DNA of 64,000 bases from Eledone cirrhosa (GCA_964016885.1 OZ024741.1:14136001-14200000); one strand, 5' to 3'. Positions 25,749-41,100 are shown, counted from the first letter of the stretch. Numbers and translations are program-made. Notes: generated by a model not told the origin, from the sequence alone.

Positions 25749-26410
25749 GCGTCTTTTCTGTGTAGATTCTATTTTCTCTACCAACATGCTAAAACAGAAC
25801 ATAAGGGTAAATTAGAGAACATAGAAATAAAAATAGAATCTACACACAGAAAAGACGCAATGTTTAGACAAATCACAGAGGCAATGAACTCCAACCCAAA
25901 TTAAATAAAAAGAATTATTGGAATAGCAACATCACAACTTACAATTAAGGACAAAATGAAAACACACACGCACATAGAACAAACAACCAACCAGTAACAT
26001 GTAACATGTAAATAAACAAATAAATAAACAAATATAAACACACACAGACACCCGGATGTAACACATTCGCAAACTAAGCACACAACACACACAAAAACAA
26101 GATGGCGTAGGACAGAACAAAGGAGAGGCACAAAAACAAAGAAAAGAATCCCAGTCACTGAAGAGGTCACAGAATGTGTGACGAAAGATCTTTGACAATA
26201 TATAAACAATCATCTGGTTGTGGAACCAACCAACCAACCGGAAATTTATAAATTCCTAAATTTATAAATTTATTATAATAAATTGAAGTGAAAGTTACTG
26301 GTGCGTGTGTTTCTTATTGGCAACATGACCCTCCCAAAGTATAACAATATCGGTTTCAACACACGTTTACAGATAAAGAATCTTGCTAAACAAATTCAGA
26401 AACGAAAAAA

Positions 26411-26474
<64 letters not shown>

Positions 26475-26476
<2 letters not shown>

Positions 26477-26643
26477 AAAAGAGGTCAGGACTCCGACGGC
26501 TGAGTTCAGACCTAGCTGTCGAAACGGCTGGAGCTCAGCTAACGGGGTCGTGACTCTTTTCCTATTACCCACTCTACTACCCTAAGTACCGAGTACTCTG
26601 GTGCGTTATGGTCCACCTGGTTCCTTACCACATTTACTTCGTT
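26475..26643 (+). mobile_element. Fold-back family D copy
   Basis: Same arms and tail as 7351; flanked by (TA)n. Confidence 0.7.
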
Positions 26644-26662
26644 ATATATATATATATGCACT

Positions 26663-26718
<56 letters not shown>

Positions 26719-26741
26719 ACACACACACACACATATATATA

Positions 26742-26818
<77 letters not shown>

Positions 26819-27043
26819 TTAATGATTCCCTTGTGAAGAAAAGAACCGCAATATGTAGTTACTATCGTTTTTTCTTGTCCTCGTAATACCTTTGAACAGG
26901 GAAATTTAGCACGAAATATAAAGACCAATTAAATATTTCTAGGACAATTCAGTAACTTTGTTGTTATTGCTATTTTTCTTTATTTAATGATTGATCTGCA
27001 TTACCTACCCATAGCCTTCTAAACAAACTGCTTTTTGTTGTTG

Positions 27044-27074
<31 letters not shown>

Positions 27075-27146
27075 GTACCGTCCTGTATTGTCCTGTACTG
27101 TCCTTAATGTCTACTTTGTGTAAACCCTTGTGGTTAATAAAGAAAG

Positions 27147-27194
<48 letters not shown>

Positions 27195-28608
27195 ATGACT
27201 TGTGTCAAATTGTGGTTTTCTACTTTATCCAAGAAGCAGAACGTACACGGAAATAGTGATGGCCCTTGCAATGTGCTGATTGCTTTTCATACCCGCTGGG
27301 AGAGTTACATTAATGTGATTCAGTTATAAATTCCTTTGCCCCATTAACAGCATTTACAGCTGCCGCCTCTAACCTTAAGTAGTTTATCATTTTCTGGAAA
27401 ATTCTACTGAAATGAAGGAAGGTTACTTAAACCCTGTTGATTATCTGCTGCTGTTGTTGCGGGGTAAAACGTTCTTTAGACATTTCACAGCTTTTGCTGA
27501 CTTGCATTTTATATTTATGACATATATAATATTTATAATATATATAATGAATTTTAGGGTTTATATATACTTTAATACATATACACATGTGTAATTGTAA
27601 ATACATGCATACACACAAATACATATATTTATTGATACATGCATATATAAATATATTTATTGATACATACACACATACACCTCCCCTTAAATATATATTT
27701 TTATTATATAATTATTAATTTACACATATTTGTGGAAGTGATAGTCCTGAATATAAAATATAAAACATGTTGGAGTGATATAATAATGAAGAACGCAAGA
27801 GATATGACTGCTAAATGTCTATAAATTCTAAGAACAACAGAGCAGACATAGTCATCTGGGACAGAGAAAAGAAAAGGGGCACAGAGTTTGAAATGTTATA
27901 TCCAAATGTCCAGCAGATGCTAACATAATCTTCAATATAAAGAAAAAAGCAAATATATATGGCGAACTAATAAGAAGCCTGCTGATACACCTGAACTACA
28001 AATTTAGGTTTATACCTGAAATTAGCAACGCTCTTAGTTATGTAAGGGGACACAACTAAATAGTATACCGTAATTATAAGCGCTCTTTGTTCTGAGAATG
28101 ATGATAAACAAATAATATATATATAGGTTAAAACAAAAAACAAAAACAAAAAAGGAAGAGTGCAGTACAAAGTGTTAATATTAGGTTCACGCTTGAGAAT
28201 GGGGCATGGGGGTCGACGTTTAGGGCATAAGACCTTCATCGGGAGAAAAGTGGGAAGGAAAAGAGTTCCGAGAGTGTGAGGGGGAGTGAGGAAAAATTTA
28301 AGGGCAGGAAAAAAATTAAAAAGAATTAAAAAGAGGGTAAAAAAATTAAAATGAAACAAATGGTGAAAGGGTGTGAGGCGTGTATGGGTGGTGGTGGATG
28401 GAAGGGGGAGGGGGATATATTAAAACATAGGAATGCAAAAATACAAATTCTTATTAGGTTCACGATTAGAGGAAGTGGAGGAGGGTTCTACGTTTCGGAC
28501 GGAACTCCTTCGCCAGGTAAGTGCGGATAGGGAGAGAAAAGGTAGGTAGTTAGGTGAAAGTTTGGAAAAGATAGGTACATGAGAGTTAGGAGACATATTA
28601 TATTTTCT

Positions 28609-28647
<39 letters not shown>

Positions 28648-28694
28648 GGCAAAATGCGAAGTAGTTTCAGATGTTAAAGTCCTTTATTGATAAT

Positions 28695-28769
28695 GCTGTA
28701 ATACGTATTTCAATGACGACAGTGGCCACACGATTCCGTGTACCCAGTGCCGTGATATCATCAGACAGC
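28695..28769 (-). ncRNA. Type I hammerhead
   Basis: GCTGT-CTGATGA-..ACGGCA..TGTCGT..-GAAA-TACGTA-TT-ACAGC with palindromic stem III. Confidence 0.75.
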
Positions 28770-29093
28770 TTCTTATATGATAAGGTTATGCTCCCATGTC
28801 AATCCAAACAGAAACGACAAGTGAACGGACAAGGTGTGTGTTCTTGAATCATCTGCCCGTTCCCCTGTCAGATAGATAGATATATAGTGCTAGGACAACA
28901 AAGAAAATCAATGAAAACAAACGTGGAGTGCAATTACAAAAAGTGTTATTGGAGTCCTTCTTGTGTAAAAGGTAATAAAAGAAGTGTCTTCAACGTATTG
29001 GACGGTAGTCCTTCATAAGTAAAGAGGCTATGTTGGAAAGAAGTTAAGAAACGCAGAGAGAGAGAACATGCAATTAGAGTGCCATCAGAATGT

Positions 29094-29131
<38 letters not shown>

Positions 29132-29139
29132 GAGAGTTT

Positions 29140-29424
29140 TTTTAATAAAAAAAAACGTGATGTCCTACACAGGTGAAAGTATAAGGAAAAGAAATCGAAA
29201 ATGCAACTGAAGTCTTTTTAAGAATATTTATTTATTCCCTTTACCGGTTTCACAGTTGTCATGCTTTTCAAAAGTAAAATTGAGATGGAGGGTTTGCGAG
29301 ACAAACCACAATCCCTCCATCTCAATTTTACTTTTGAAAAGCATAAGAAATGTGAAACCGGTAAAGGAAACAAATAAATATTCTTAAAAAGACTCCTGTT
29401 GCACTTTCGATTTCTTTTGCTTAT
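29140..29424. mobile_element. Family H fold-back with two opposed U3-A8 hammerheads (29238-29276 on -, 29330-29367 on +)
   Basis: CTT-TTGAAAA-GCAT..ATGT-GAAA-CCGG-TA-AAG and its inverted, slightly diverged copy. Confidence 0.7.
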
Positions 29425-29428
29425 ATAT

Positions 29429-29460
<32 letters not shown>

Positions 29461-29532
29461 AATCACTGTTTCTTTCTAGGTTTCACCGATACAACCGGAT
29501 TCTCAAATCTGTGTACACACACCCACCCACCC

Positions 29533-29665
<133 letters not shown>

Positions 29666-29901
29666 ATAAAGAAATACACAGATACATGCGGACACATACA
29701 TATATCCACATATATCCCTGAATTTGTGGTGCCAACTCCAACCGTTGTTGCTCTATGAATAACAGGGACAAAATAATCCGAATGGATTAGATTGATTCAG
29801 TATCAGAGCTATATAATACATTATAAAGAAAGAAGAAACATTAGATATAATTAATAAGATATACCATCCTACGGATGTGTTTTGAAACTCTAAATGAGGT
29901 A

Positions 29902-29994
29902 TCCTCTTGATAAGTCGGCAAACCTCACAAAAATACTGTATCTCTGTGATGTAGTGTTTTTGCCTGATATGCCACGAAACTACGTAGTCGAGGA
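29902..29994 (+). ncRNA. Type I hammerhead, U3-A8 variant (inside fold-back 29816-30065)
   Basis: TCCTC-TTGATAA-GTcGGCA..TGCCAC-GAAA-CTACGTAG-TC-GAGGA. Confidence 0.8.
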
Positions 29995-30062
29995 CTAATG
30001 TATGAATTTGGGTATGGTATATCTTATTAATTAAATCTAATGTTTCTTCTTTCTTTATAATG

Positions 30063-30102
<40 letters not shown>

Positions 30103-30302
30103 GCTATATTACTTGTCCCAATAGCTTTATTTAGCTATTGCTCGCACCAACTAGAGGTATATGATTTTTAAAGCGATTAAATACCAATGAAAGTTGGTAA
30201 ATCACTGATGAAGGACTAATTTTATTCATATGTAACCCATGTGCAACCACGCAGCACACAATTCTTCTCATATTTATATATATATATATATTAATATATA
30301 TA

Positions 30303-30364
<62 letters not shown>

Positions 30365-30365
<1 letters not shown>

Positions 30366-30522
30366 GAACAAGTAAGACCCCGACGGCTGAGCTCAAGCCG
30401 TTTCGACGGCTAATTCTGGACTCGTCGGGGTCTTACTTGTTCCTATTACCCACTCTAATACCCTAAGTATTGAGTACTTTGGTGCGTTATGGTCCACCTG
30501 GTCCCTTACCACATTTCCTTCG

Positions 30523-30524
<2 letters not shown>
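30365..30524 (+). mobile_element. Fold-back family D copy (partly deleted)
   Basis: Same arm and tail as 7351. Confidence 0.7.
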
Positions 30525-30565
<41 letters not shown>

Positions 30566-30569
30566 CAGA

Positions 30570-31022
30570 AGGGATATTCAATTTGTTGGTAATTCAACAA
30601 ATATATTTATAACTGATTCAGAGCACTCAACAGATTTCTGGAGTATAATATACAATGATATTAAATAAATGGAAACTATATTTATAAAACCATATTTATT
30701 CTATTATATATATTTCAAGGGTACCAACATTTGGGTACGCTATCATCAGATAAAATAGAAAATGTTTTATAAATATTTGACATAACCAAGGATAATATAC
30801 CTTAACGGTTCAAGTTATCTCTGGATAGTGTCTATCCATCTATCCAGGGATAACTTGAACCATTAAGGTATATTATCCTTGGTCATGTCAAATATTTATA
30901 AAACATTTTCTATTCTATCTGATGATAGCTTACCCAAATTTTGGTACCCTTGAAATATATATAATAGAATAAATATGGTTTTATAAATATAGTTTCCATT
31001 TATTTAATATCATTGTATATAT
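30570..31022. mobile_element. Fold-back (family O) with mirrored hammerheads (30911-30971 on +, about 30699-30760 on -)
   Basis: About 180-bp arms; TATTCTAT-CTGATGA-..-GAAA-TATATA-TA-ATAGAATA. Confidence 0.75.
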
Positions 31023-31495
31023 ATAAAGTGTATTAGAGGGCTCCAGAAATCGTGTTGCAAATATAAATATCTATAAGATATTGAAGAATTACTTTAAAAA
31101 TATTCAATAATCCTAATATTTCGGGTGGAATATTCTTTATCGAAGGTGAGTAGAAAAGGGAGAGAAAATTGTATTTAGGCTGGTATATATTGTTGTCTTT
31201 GTTGTTACTGCTGTTATTTCTACTCTTGTTCTTGTTGTGGTAGATGTCGTAAATGTTCTTACTGTTGTTACTACTGTCTTTGTTACTGTTGTTATTGTTA
31301 TTGTTGTTACGCTTTTGTTGTTGATGTTAATGTTGTTGCTCAGGTAGCCAATTCTCCTAATTAGAGGCTCACCAAATGAGATTTATATTGCTAATTAATT
31401 AAGAGAAGAACACAACAAACTGCTACTGTAATCAATATGAGACGTCATTATAATTAGATACACTAATTATTGATAATAAATCATAATGTTGATAA

Positions 31496-32116
31496 CCGCC
31501 CACAAGCATCACTGTTGTTACCACCACCACAATGACTACCACCACCACCACTAACGCCACCAACACTACCACCACCAACAACATCACTGTTGTTACTAAC
31601 GCCACCAACAAGACCACCAATACCACCACCACCACTACCACCACCATAATCACCACCACCACCAACGCCAGCACCACCACCACCAACACCACCCACACTG
31701 TTGTTACCACCAGCACCACCACCACAACCACCACAACCTCCACCACCACCACTACCCCAACGACCACGACCAGTAACACCACCATCACTGTTGTTACCAC
31801 CAGCACCACTACCGCCACCACCACTACCACCACCACCACTACCACCAGCATCACTAAACCACCACCACCACTACCACCACTACCAGCACCACCACCACGA
31901 CCACCACCACCACCACGACCACCACGGCCACCACCACCACCACCAGCACCGCCACCGCCACCACCACCACCACCACCACCACCACCAACACCACCACTAC
32001 CACCACCACCACTATCACCACCACCACCAACACCACCGCCACCACCACAACGAACACAACCACCACCACCACCACCACCACCACCACCACCACCACCACC
32101 ACCACCACCACCACCA
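31496..32116. repeat. (ACC)n-rich tract
   Basis: Seen directly; abuts the satellite. Confidence 0.95.
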
Positions 32117-35100
32117 CAGAACTACAGTTGAGATCTCCTGAGTCCCCTAACTACAGACACAGCCATGTGGTGTAGAACCCAGAACTACAGTTGAGATCTC
32201 CTGAGTCTCCTAACAACAGACACAGCCATGTGGTGTAGGACCCAGAACTACAGTTGAGATCTCCTGAGTCCCCTAACAACAGACACAGCCATGTGGTGTA
32301 GAACCCAGAACTACAGTTGAGATCTCCTGAGTCTCCTAACAACAGACACAGCCATGTGGTGTAGGACCCAGAACTATAGTTGAGATCTCCTGAGTCTCCT
32401 AACAACAGACACAGCCATGTGGTGTAGAACCCAGAGCTACAGTTGAGATCTCCTGTGTCCTCTAACAACAGACACAGCCATGTGGTGTAGAACCCAGAAC
32501 TACAGTTGAGATCTCCTGAGTCTCCTAACTACAGACACAGCCATGTGGTGTAGAACCCTGAACTACAGTTGAGATCTCCTGAGTCCCCTAACTACAGACA
32601 CAGCCATGTGGTGTAGAACCCAGAACTACAGTTGAGATCTCCTGAGTCCCCTAACAACAGACACAGCCATGTGGTGTAGAACCCAGAACTACAGTTGAGA
32701 TCTCCTGAGTCCCCTTAACAACAGACACAGCCATGTGGTGTAGAATCCAGAACTACAGTTGAGATCTCCTGAGTCCCCTAGCAACAGAGACAGCCATGTG
32801 GTGTAGAACCCAGAACTACAGTTGAGATCTCCTGAGTCTCCTAACAACAGACACAGCCATGTGGTGTAGAACCCAGAACTACAGTTGAGATCACCTGACT
32901 CCCCTAACAACAGACACAGCCATGTGGTGTAGAACCCAGAACTACAGTTGAGATCTCCTGAGTCCCCTAACAACAGACACAGCCATGTGGTGTAGAACCC
33001 AGAACTACAATTGAGATCTCCTGAGTCCCCTAACAACAGACACAGCCATGTGGTGTAGAACCCAGAACTACAATTGAGATCTCCTGAGTCCCCTAACAAC
33101 AGACACAGCCATGTGGTGTAGAACTCAGAACTACAGTTGAGATCTCCTGAGTCCCCTAACAACAGAGACAGCCATGTGGTGTAGAACCCTGAACTACAGT
33201 TGAGATCTCCTGAGTCCCCTAACATCAGACACAGCCATGTGGTGTAGAACCCAGAACTACAATTGAGATCTCCTGAGTCCCCTAACAACAGACACAGCCA
33301 TGTGGTGTAGAACCCAGAACTACAGTTGAGATCTCCTGAGTCCCCTAACAACAGACACAGCCATGTGGTGTAGAACCCTGAACTACAGTTGAAATCTCTT
33401 GAGTCCCCTAACAACAGACACAGCCATGTGGTGTAGAACCCTGAACTACAGTTGAAATCTCTTGAGTCCCCTAACAACAGACACAGCCATGTGGTGTAGA
33501 ACCCAGAACTACAATTGAGATCTCCTGAGTCCCCTAACAACAGACACAGCCATGTGGTGTAGAACCCAGAACCACAGTTAAGATCTGCTGAGTCCCCTAA
33601 CAACAGACACAGCCATGTGGTGTAGAACCCTGAACTACAGTTGAGATCGCCTGAGTCCCCTAACTACAGATACAACCATTTGGTGTAGAACCCAGAACTA
33701 CTGTTGAGATCTCCTGAGTCCCCTAACAACAGACACAGCCATGTGGTGTAGAACCCAGAACTACAGTTGAGATCTCCTGAGTCCCCTAACTACAGACACA
33801 GCTATGTGGTGTAGGACCCAGAACTACAGTTGAGATCTCCTGACTCCCCTAACAACAGACAGAGCCATGTGGTGTAGAACCCAGAACTACGGTTAAGATC
33901 TCCTGAGTCCCCTAACAACAGACACAGTCATGTGGTGTAGAACCCTGAACTACAGTTGAGATCTCCTGAGTCCCCTAACAACAGACACAGCCATGTGGTG
34001 TAGGACCCAGAACTACAGTTGAGATCTCCTGACTCCCCTAACAACAGACACAGCCATGTGGTGTAGAACCCAGAATTATAGTTGAGATCTCCTGAGTCCC
34101 CTAACAACAGACACAGTCATGTGGTGTAGAACCCTGAACTACAGTTGAGATCTCCTGAGTCCCCTAACTACAGAAACAACCATGTGGTGTAGAACCCAGA
34201 ATCATAGTTGAGACCTCCTGTGTCCTCTAACAACAGACACAACCATGTGGTGTAGAACCCAGAACTACTGTTGAGTTCTCCTGAGTCCCCTAACTAGAGA
34301 CACAGCCATGTGGTGTAGAACCCAGAACTACAGTTGAGATCTCCTGAGTCCCCTAACAACAGACACAACCATGTGGTGTAGGACCCAGAACTACAGTTGA
34401 GATCTCCTGAGTCCCCTAACAACAGACACAGCCATGTGGTGTAGAACCCAGAACTACAGTTGAGATCTCCTGAGTCCCCTAACATCAGACACAGCCATGT
34501 GGTGTAGAACCCAGAACTACAGTTGAGATCTCCCGAGTCCCCTAACTACAGACACAGCCATGTGGTGTAGAACCCAGAACTACAGTTGAGATCTCCTGAG
34601 TCCCCTAACAACAGACACAACCATGTGGTGTAGGACCCAGAACTACAGTTGAGATCTCCTGAGTCCCCTAACAACAGACACAGCCATGTGGTGTAGAACC
34701 CAGAACTACAGTTGAGATCTCCCGAGTCCCCTAACTACAGACAAAGCCAAGTGGTGTAGAACCCAGAACTACAGTTGAGATCTCCTGAGTCCCCTAACTA
34801 CAGACACAGCCAAGTGGTGTAGAACCCAGAACTACAGTTGAGATCTCCTGAGTCCCCTAACTACAGACACAGCCATGTGGTGTAGGACCCAGAACTACAG
34901 TTGAGATCTCCTGAGTCCCCTAACTACAGACACAGCCATGTGGTGTAGAAACCAGAACAATAGTTGAGATCTCCTGAGTCCCCTGACTACAGAAACATCC
35001 ATGTGGTGTAGAACCCAGAATCATAGTTGAGATCTCCTGAGTCCTCTAACAACAGAGACAGCCATGTGGTGTAGAACTCAGAACTACAGTTGAGATCTCT

Positions 35101-38100
35101 TGAGTCCCCTAACAACAGACAGAGCCATGTGGTGTAGAACCCAGAACTACAGTTGAGATCTCCTGAGTCCCCTAACAACAGAGACAGCCATGTGGTGTAG
35201 AACCCAGAACTACAGTTGAGATCTCCTGAGTCCCCTAACAACAGACACAGCCATGTGGTGTAGAACCCAGAACTACAGTTGAGATCTCTTGAGTCCCCTA
35301 ACTACAGACACAGCCATGTGGTGTAGAACCCAGAACTACAGTTGAGATCTCCTGAGTCCCCTAACAACAGAGACAGCCATGTGGTGTAGAACCCAGAACT
35401 ACAGTTGAGATCTCCTGAGTCCCCTAACAACAGACACAGCCATGTGGTGTAGAACCCAGAACTACAGTTGAGATCTCTTGAGTCCCCTAACTACAGACAC
35501 AGCCATGTGGTGTAGAACCCAGAACTACAGTTGAGATCTCCTGAGTCCCCTAACAACAGAGACAGCCATGTGGTGTAGAACCCAGAACTACAGTTGAGAT
35601 CTCTTGAGTCCCCTAACAACAGACACAGCCATGTGGTGTAGAACCCAGAACTACAGTTGAGATCTCTTGAGTCCCCTAACTACAGACACAGCCATGTGGT
35701 GTAGAACCCAGAACTACAGTTGAGATCTCCTGAGTCCCCTAACAACAGAGACAGCCATGTGGTGTAGAACCCAGAACTACAGTTGAGATCACCTGAGTCC
35801 CCTAACAACAGACACAGCCATGTGGTGTAGAACCCAGAACTACAGTTGAGATCTCCTGAGTCTCCTAACAATAGACACAGCCATGTGGTGTAGAACCCAG
35901 AACTACAGTTGAGATCTCCTGAGTCTCCTAACAACAGACACAGCCATGTGGTGTAGAACCCAGAACTACAGTTGAGATCTCCTGAGTCTCCTAACAATAG
36001 ACACAGCCATGTGGTGTAGAACCCAGAACTACAGTTGAGATGTCCTGACTCCCCTAACAACAGACACAGCCATGTGGTGTAGAACCCAGAACTACAGTTG
36101 AGTTCTCCTGAGTCCCCTAACAACAGACACAGCGATGTGCTGTAGAACCCAGAACTACAGTTGAGATCTCCTGAGTCCCCTAACAACAGACACATCCATG
36201 TGCTGTAGAACCCAGAACTACAGTTGATATCTCCTGAGTCCCCTAACTACAGACACAGCCATGTGGTGTAGAACCCAGAACTACAGTTGAGATCTCTTGA
36301 GTCCCCTAACAACAGACACAGCCATGTGGTGTAGAACCCAGAACTACAGTTAAGATCTCCTGAGTCCCCTAACAACAGACACAACCATGTGGTGTAGAAA
36401 TCAGAACTATAGTTGAGATCTCCTGAGTCCCCTGACTACAGACACAGCCATGTGGTGTAGAACCCAGAATTATAGTTGAGATCTCTTGAGTCCACTAACA
36501 ACAGACACAGCCATGTGGTGTAGAACCCAGAACTACAGTTCAGCTCTCGTGAGTCCCCTAACAACAGACACAGCCATGTGGTGTAGAACCCAGAACTACA
36601 GTTGAGATCTCCTGAGTCCCCTAACAACAGACACAGCCATGTGGTGTAGAACCCAGAACTACAGTTGAGCTCTCCTGAGTCCCCTAACAACAGACACAGC
36701 CATGTGGTGTAGAACCCAGAACTACAGTTGAGATCTCCTGAGTCCCCTAACAACAGACACAGCCATGTGGTGTAGAACCCAGAACTACAGTTGAGATCTC
36801 CTGAGTCCCCTAACAACAGACACAGCCATGTGGTGTAGAACCCAGAACTACAGTTGAGCTCTCCTGAGTCCCCTAACAACAGACACAGCCATGTGGTGTA
36901 GAACCCAGAACTACAGTTGAGATCTCCTGAGTCCCCTAACTACAGACACGGCCATGTGGTGTAGAACCCAGAACTACAATTAAGATCTCCTGACTCCCCT
37001 AACTACAGACACAGCCATGTGGTGTAGAACCCAGAACTACAGTTGAGATCTCCTGTGTCCCCTAACTACAGACACAGACATGTGGTGTAGAACCCAGAAT
37101 TATAGTTGAGATCTCCTGAGTCCCCTAACTACAGACCACGCCATGTGGTGTAGGACCCAGAACTACAGTTGGGATCTCCTGAGTCCCCTAACATCAGACA
37201 CAGCCATGTGGTGTAGAACCCAGAACTACAGTTGAGATCTCCTGAGTCCCCTAACAACAGACACAACCATGTGGTGTAGAACCCAGAACTATAGTTGAGA
37301 TCTCCTGAGTCCCCTAACATCAGACACAGCCATGTGGTGTAGAACCCAGAACTACAGTTGAGATCTCCTGAGTCCCCTAACAACAGACACAGCCATGTGG
37401 GTTAGAACCCAGAGCTACAGTTGATATCTCCTGAGTCCCCTAACAACAGACACAACCACGTGGTGTAGAACCCAGAACTATAGTTGAGATCTCCTGAGTC
37501 CCCTAACATCAGACACAGCCATGTGGTGTAGAACCCAGAACTACAGTTGAGATCTCCTGAGTCCCCTAACAACAGACACAGCCATGTGGTGTAGAACCCC
37601 GAGCTACAGTTGAGATCTCCTGAGTCCCCTAACTACAGACATGACCATGTGGTGTATGACCCAGAACTACAGTTGAGATCTCCTGAGTCCCCTAACAACA
37701 GACACAGCCATGTGGTGTAGGACCCAGAACTACAGTTGAGATCTCCTGAGTCCCCTAACAACAGACACAGCCATGTGGTGTAGAACCCAGAACTATAGTT
37801 GAGATCTCCTGAGTCCCCTAACAACAGACACAGCCATGTGGTGTAGAACCCAGAACTACAGTTGAGATCTCCTGAGTCCCCTAACTACAGACACAGCCAT
37901 GTGGTGTAGGACCCAGAACTACAGTTGAGATCTCCTGAGTCCCCTAACTACAGACACAACCATGTGGTGTAGAACCCAGAACTACAGTTGAGATCTCCTG
38001 AGTCCCCTCACTACAGACATAGCCATGTGGTGTAGAACCCAGAACTACAGTTGAGATCTCCTGAGTCCCCTAACAACAGACACAGCCATGTGGTGTAGAA

Positions 38101-41100
38101 CCCAGAACCACAGTTAAGATCTCCTGAGTCCCCTAACAACAGACACAGCCATGTGGTGTAGAACCCAGAACTACAGTTGAGATCTCCTGAGTCCCCTAAC
38201 AACAGACACAGCCATGTGGTGTAGGACCCAGAACTACAGTTGAGATCTCCTGAGTCCCCTAGCCACAGACACAGCCATGTGGTGTAGAACCCAGAATTAT
38301 AGTTGAGATCTCCTGAGTCCCCTAACTACAGACCAAGCCATGTGGTGTAGGACCCAGAGCTACAGTTGAGATCTCCTGAGTCCTCTAACTACAGACCAAG
38401 CCATGTGGTGTAGGACCCAGAACTACAGTTGAGATCTCCTGAGTCCCCTAACAACAGACACAGCCATGTGGTGTAGAACCCAGAACTATAGTTGAGATCT
38501 CCTAGTCCCCTAACATCAGACACAGCCATGTGGTGTAGAACCCAGAACTACAGTTGAGACCTCCTGTGTCCTCTAACAACAGACACAACCATGTGGTGTA
38601 GAACCCAGAACTACAGTTGAGATCTCTTGAGTCCCCTAACAACAGACACAGCCATGTGGTGTAGAACCCAGAACTACAGTTCAGCTCTCGTGAGTCCCCT
38701 AACAACAGACACAGCCATGTGGTGTAGAACCCAGAACTACAGTTGAGATCTCCTGAGTCCCCTAACAACAGACACAGCCATGTGGTGTAGAACCCAGAAC
38801 TACAGTTGAGCTCTCCTGAGTCCCCTAACAACAGACACAGCCATGTGGTGTAGAACCCAGAACTGCAGTTGAGATCTCCTGAGTCCCCTAACAACAGACA
38901 CAGCCATGTGGTGTAGAACCCAGAACTACAGTTGAGATCTCCTGAGTCCCCTAACAACAGACACAGCCATGTGGTGTAGAACCCAGAACTACAGTTGAGC
39001 TCTCCTGAGTCCCCTAACAACAGACACAGCCATGTGGTGTAGAACCCAGAACTACAGTTGAGATCTCCTGAGTCCCCTAACTACAGACACGGCCATGTGG
39101 TGTAGAACCCAGAACTACAATTAAGATCTCCTAACTCCCCTAACTACAGACACAGCCATGTGGTGTAGAACCCAGAACTACAGTTGAGATCTCCTGAGTC
39201 CCCTAACTACAGACACAGCCCTGTGGTGTAGAACCCAGAATTATAGTTGAGATCTCCTGAGTCCCCTAACTACAGACCACGCCATGTGGTGTAGGACCCA
39301 GAACTACAGTTGGGATCTCCTGAGTCCCCTAACATCAGACACAGCCATGTGGTGTAGAACCCAGAACTACAGTTGAGATCTCCTGAGTCCCCTAACAACA
39401 GACACAGCCATGTGGTGTAGAACCCAGAGCTACAGTTGATATCTCCTGAGTCCCCTAACAACAGACACAACCATGTGGTGTAGAACCCAGAACTATAGTT
39501 GAGATCTCCTGAGTCCCCTAACATCAGACACAGCCATGTGGTGTAGAACCCAGAACTACAGTTGAGATCTCCTGAGTCCCCTAACAACAGACACAGCCAT
39601 GTGGTGTAGAACCCCGAGCTACAGTTGAGATCTCCTGAGTCCCCTAACTACAGACATGACCATGTGGTGTATGACCCAGAACTACAGTTGAGATCTCCTG
39701 AGTCCCCTAACAACAGACACAGCCATGTGGTGTAGGACCCAGAACTACAGTTGAGATCTCCTGAGTCCCCTAACAACAGACACAGCCATGTGGTGTAGAA
39801 CCCAGAACTATAGTTGAGATCTCCTGAGTCCCCTAACAACAGACACAGCCATGTGGTGTAGAACCCAGAACTACAGTTGAGATCTCCTGAGTCCCCTAAC
39901 TACAGACACAGCCATGTGGTGTAGGACCCAGAACTACAGTTGAGATCTCCTGAGTCCCCTAACTACAGACACAACCATGTGGTGTAGAACCCAGAACTAC
40001 AGTTGAGATCTCCTGAGTCCCCTCACTACAGACATAGCCATGTGGTGTAGAACCCAGAACTACAGTTGAGATCTCCTGAGTCCCCTAACAACAGACACAG
40101 CCATGTGGTGTAGAACCCAGAACCACAGTTAAGATCTCCTGAGTCCCCTAACAACAGACACAGCCATGTGGTGTAGAACCCAGAACTACAGTTGAGATCT
40201 CCTGAGTCCCCTAACAACAGACACAGCCATGTGGTGTAGGACCCAGAACTACAGTTGAGATCTCCTGAGTCCCCTAGCCACAGACACAGCCATGTGGTGT
40301 AGAACCCAGAATTATAGTTGAGATCTCCTGAGTCCCCTAACTACAGACCAAGCCATGTGGTGTAGGACCCAGAGCTACAGTTGAGATCTCCTGAGTCCTC
40401 TAACTACAGACCAAGCCATGTGGTGTAGGACCCAGAACTACAGTTGAGATCTCCTGAGTCCCCTAACAACAGACACAGCCATGTGGTGTAGAACCCAGAA
40501 CTATAGTTGAGATCTCCTAGTCCCCTAACATCAGACACAGCCATGTGGTGTAGAACCCAGAACTACAGTTGAGACCTCCTGTGTCCTCTAACAACAGACA
40601 CAACCATGTGGTGTAGAACCCAGAACTACAGTTGAGATCTCTTGAGTCCCCTAACAACAGACACAGCCATGTGGTGTAGAACCCAGAACTACAGTTCAGC
40701 TCTCGTGAGTCCCCTAACAACAGACACAGCCATGTGGTGTAGAACCCAGAACTACAGTTGAGATCTCCTGAGTCCCCTAACAACAGACACAGCCATGTGG
40801 TGTAGAACCCAGAACTACAGTTGAGCTCTCCTGAGTCCCCTAACAACAGACACAGCCATGTGGTGTAGAACCCAGAACTGCAGTTGAGATCTCCTGAGTC
40901 CCCTAACAACGGACACAGCCATGTGGTGTAGAACCCAGAACTACAGTTGAGATCTCCTGAGTCCCCTAACAACAGACACAGCCATGTGGTGTAGAACCCA
41001 GAACTACAGTTGAGCTCTCCTGAGTCCCCTAACAACAGACACAGCCATGTGGTGTAGAACCCAGAACTACAGTTGAGATCTCCTGAGTCCCCTAACTACA

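Noticed and set aside
31432-32141. Poly-Thr/Pro/His ORFs (extensin- or formin-like)
   Set aside because: An (ACC)n tract with no flanking domain or splice evidence.
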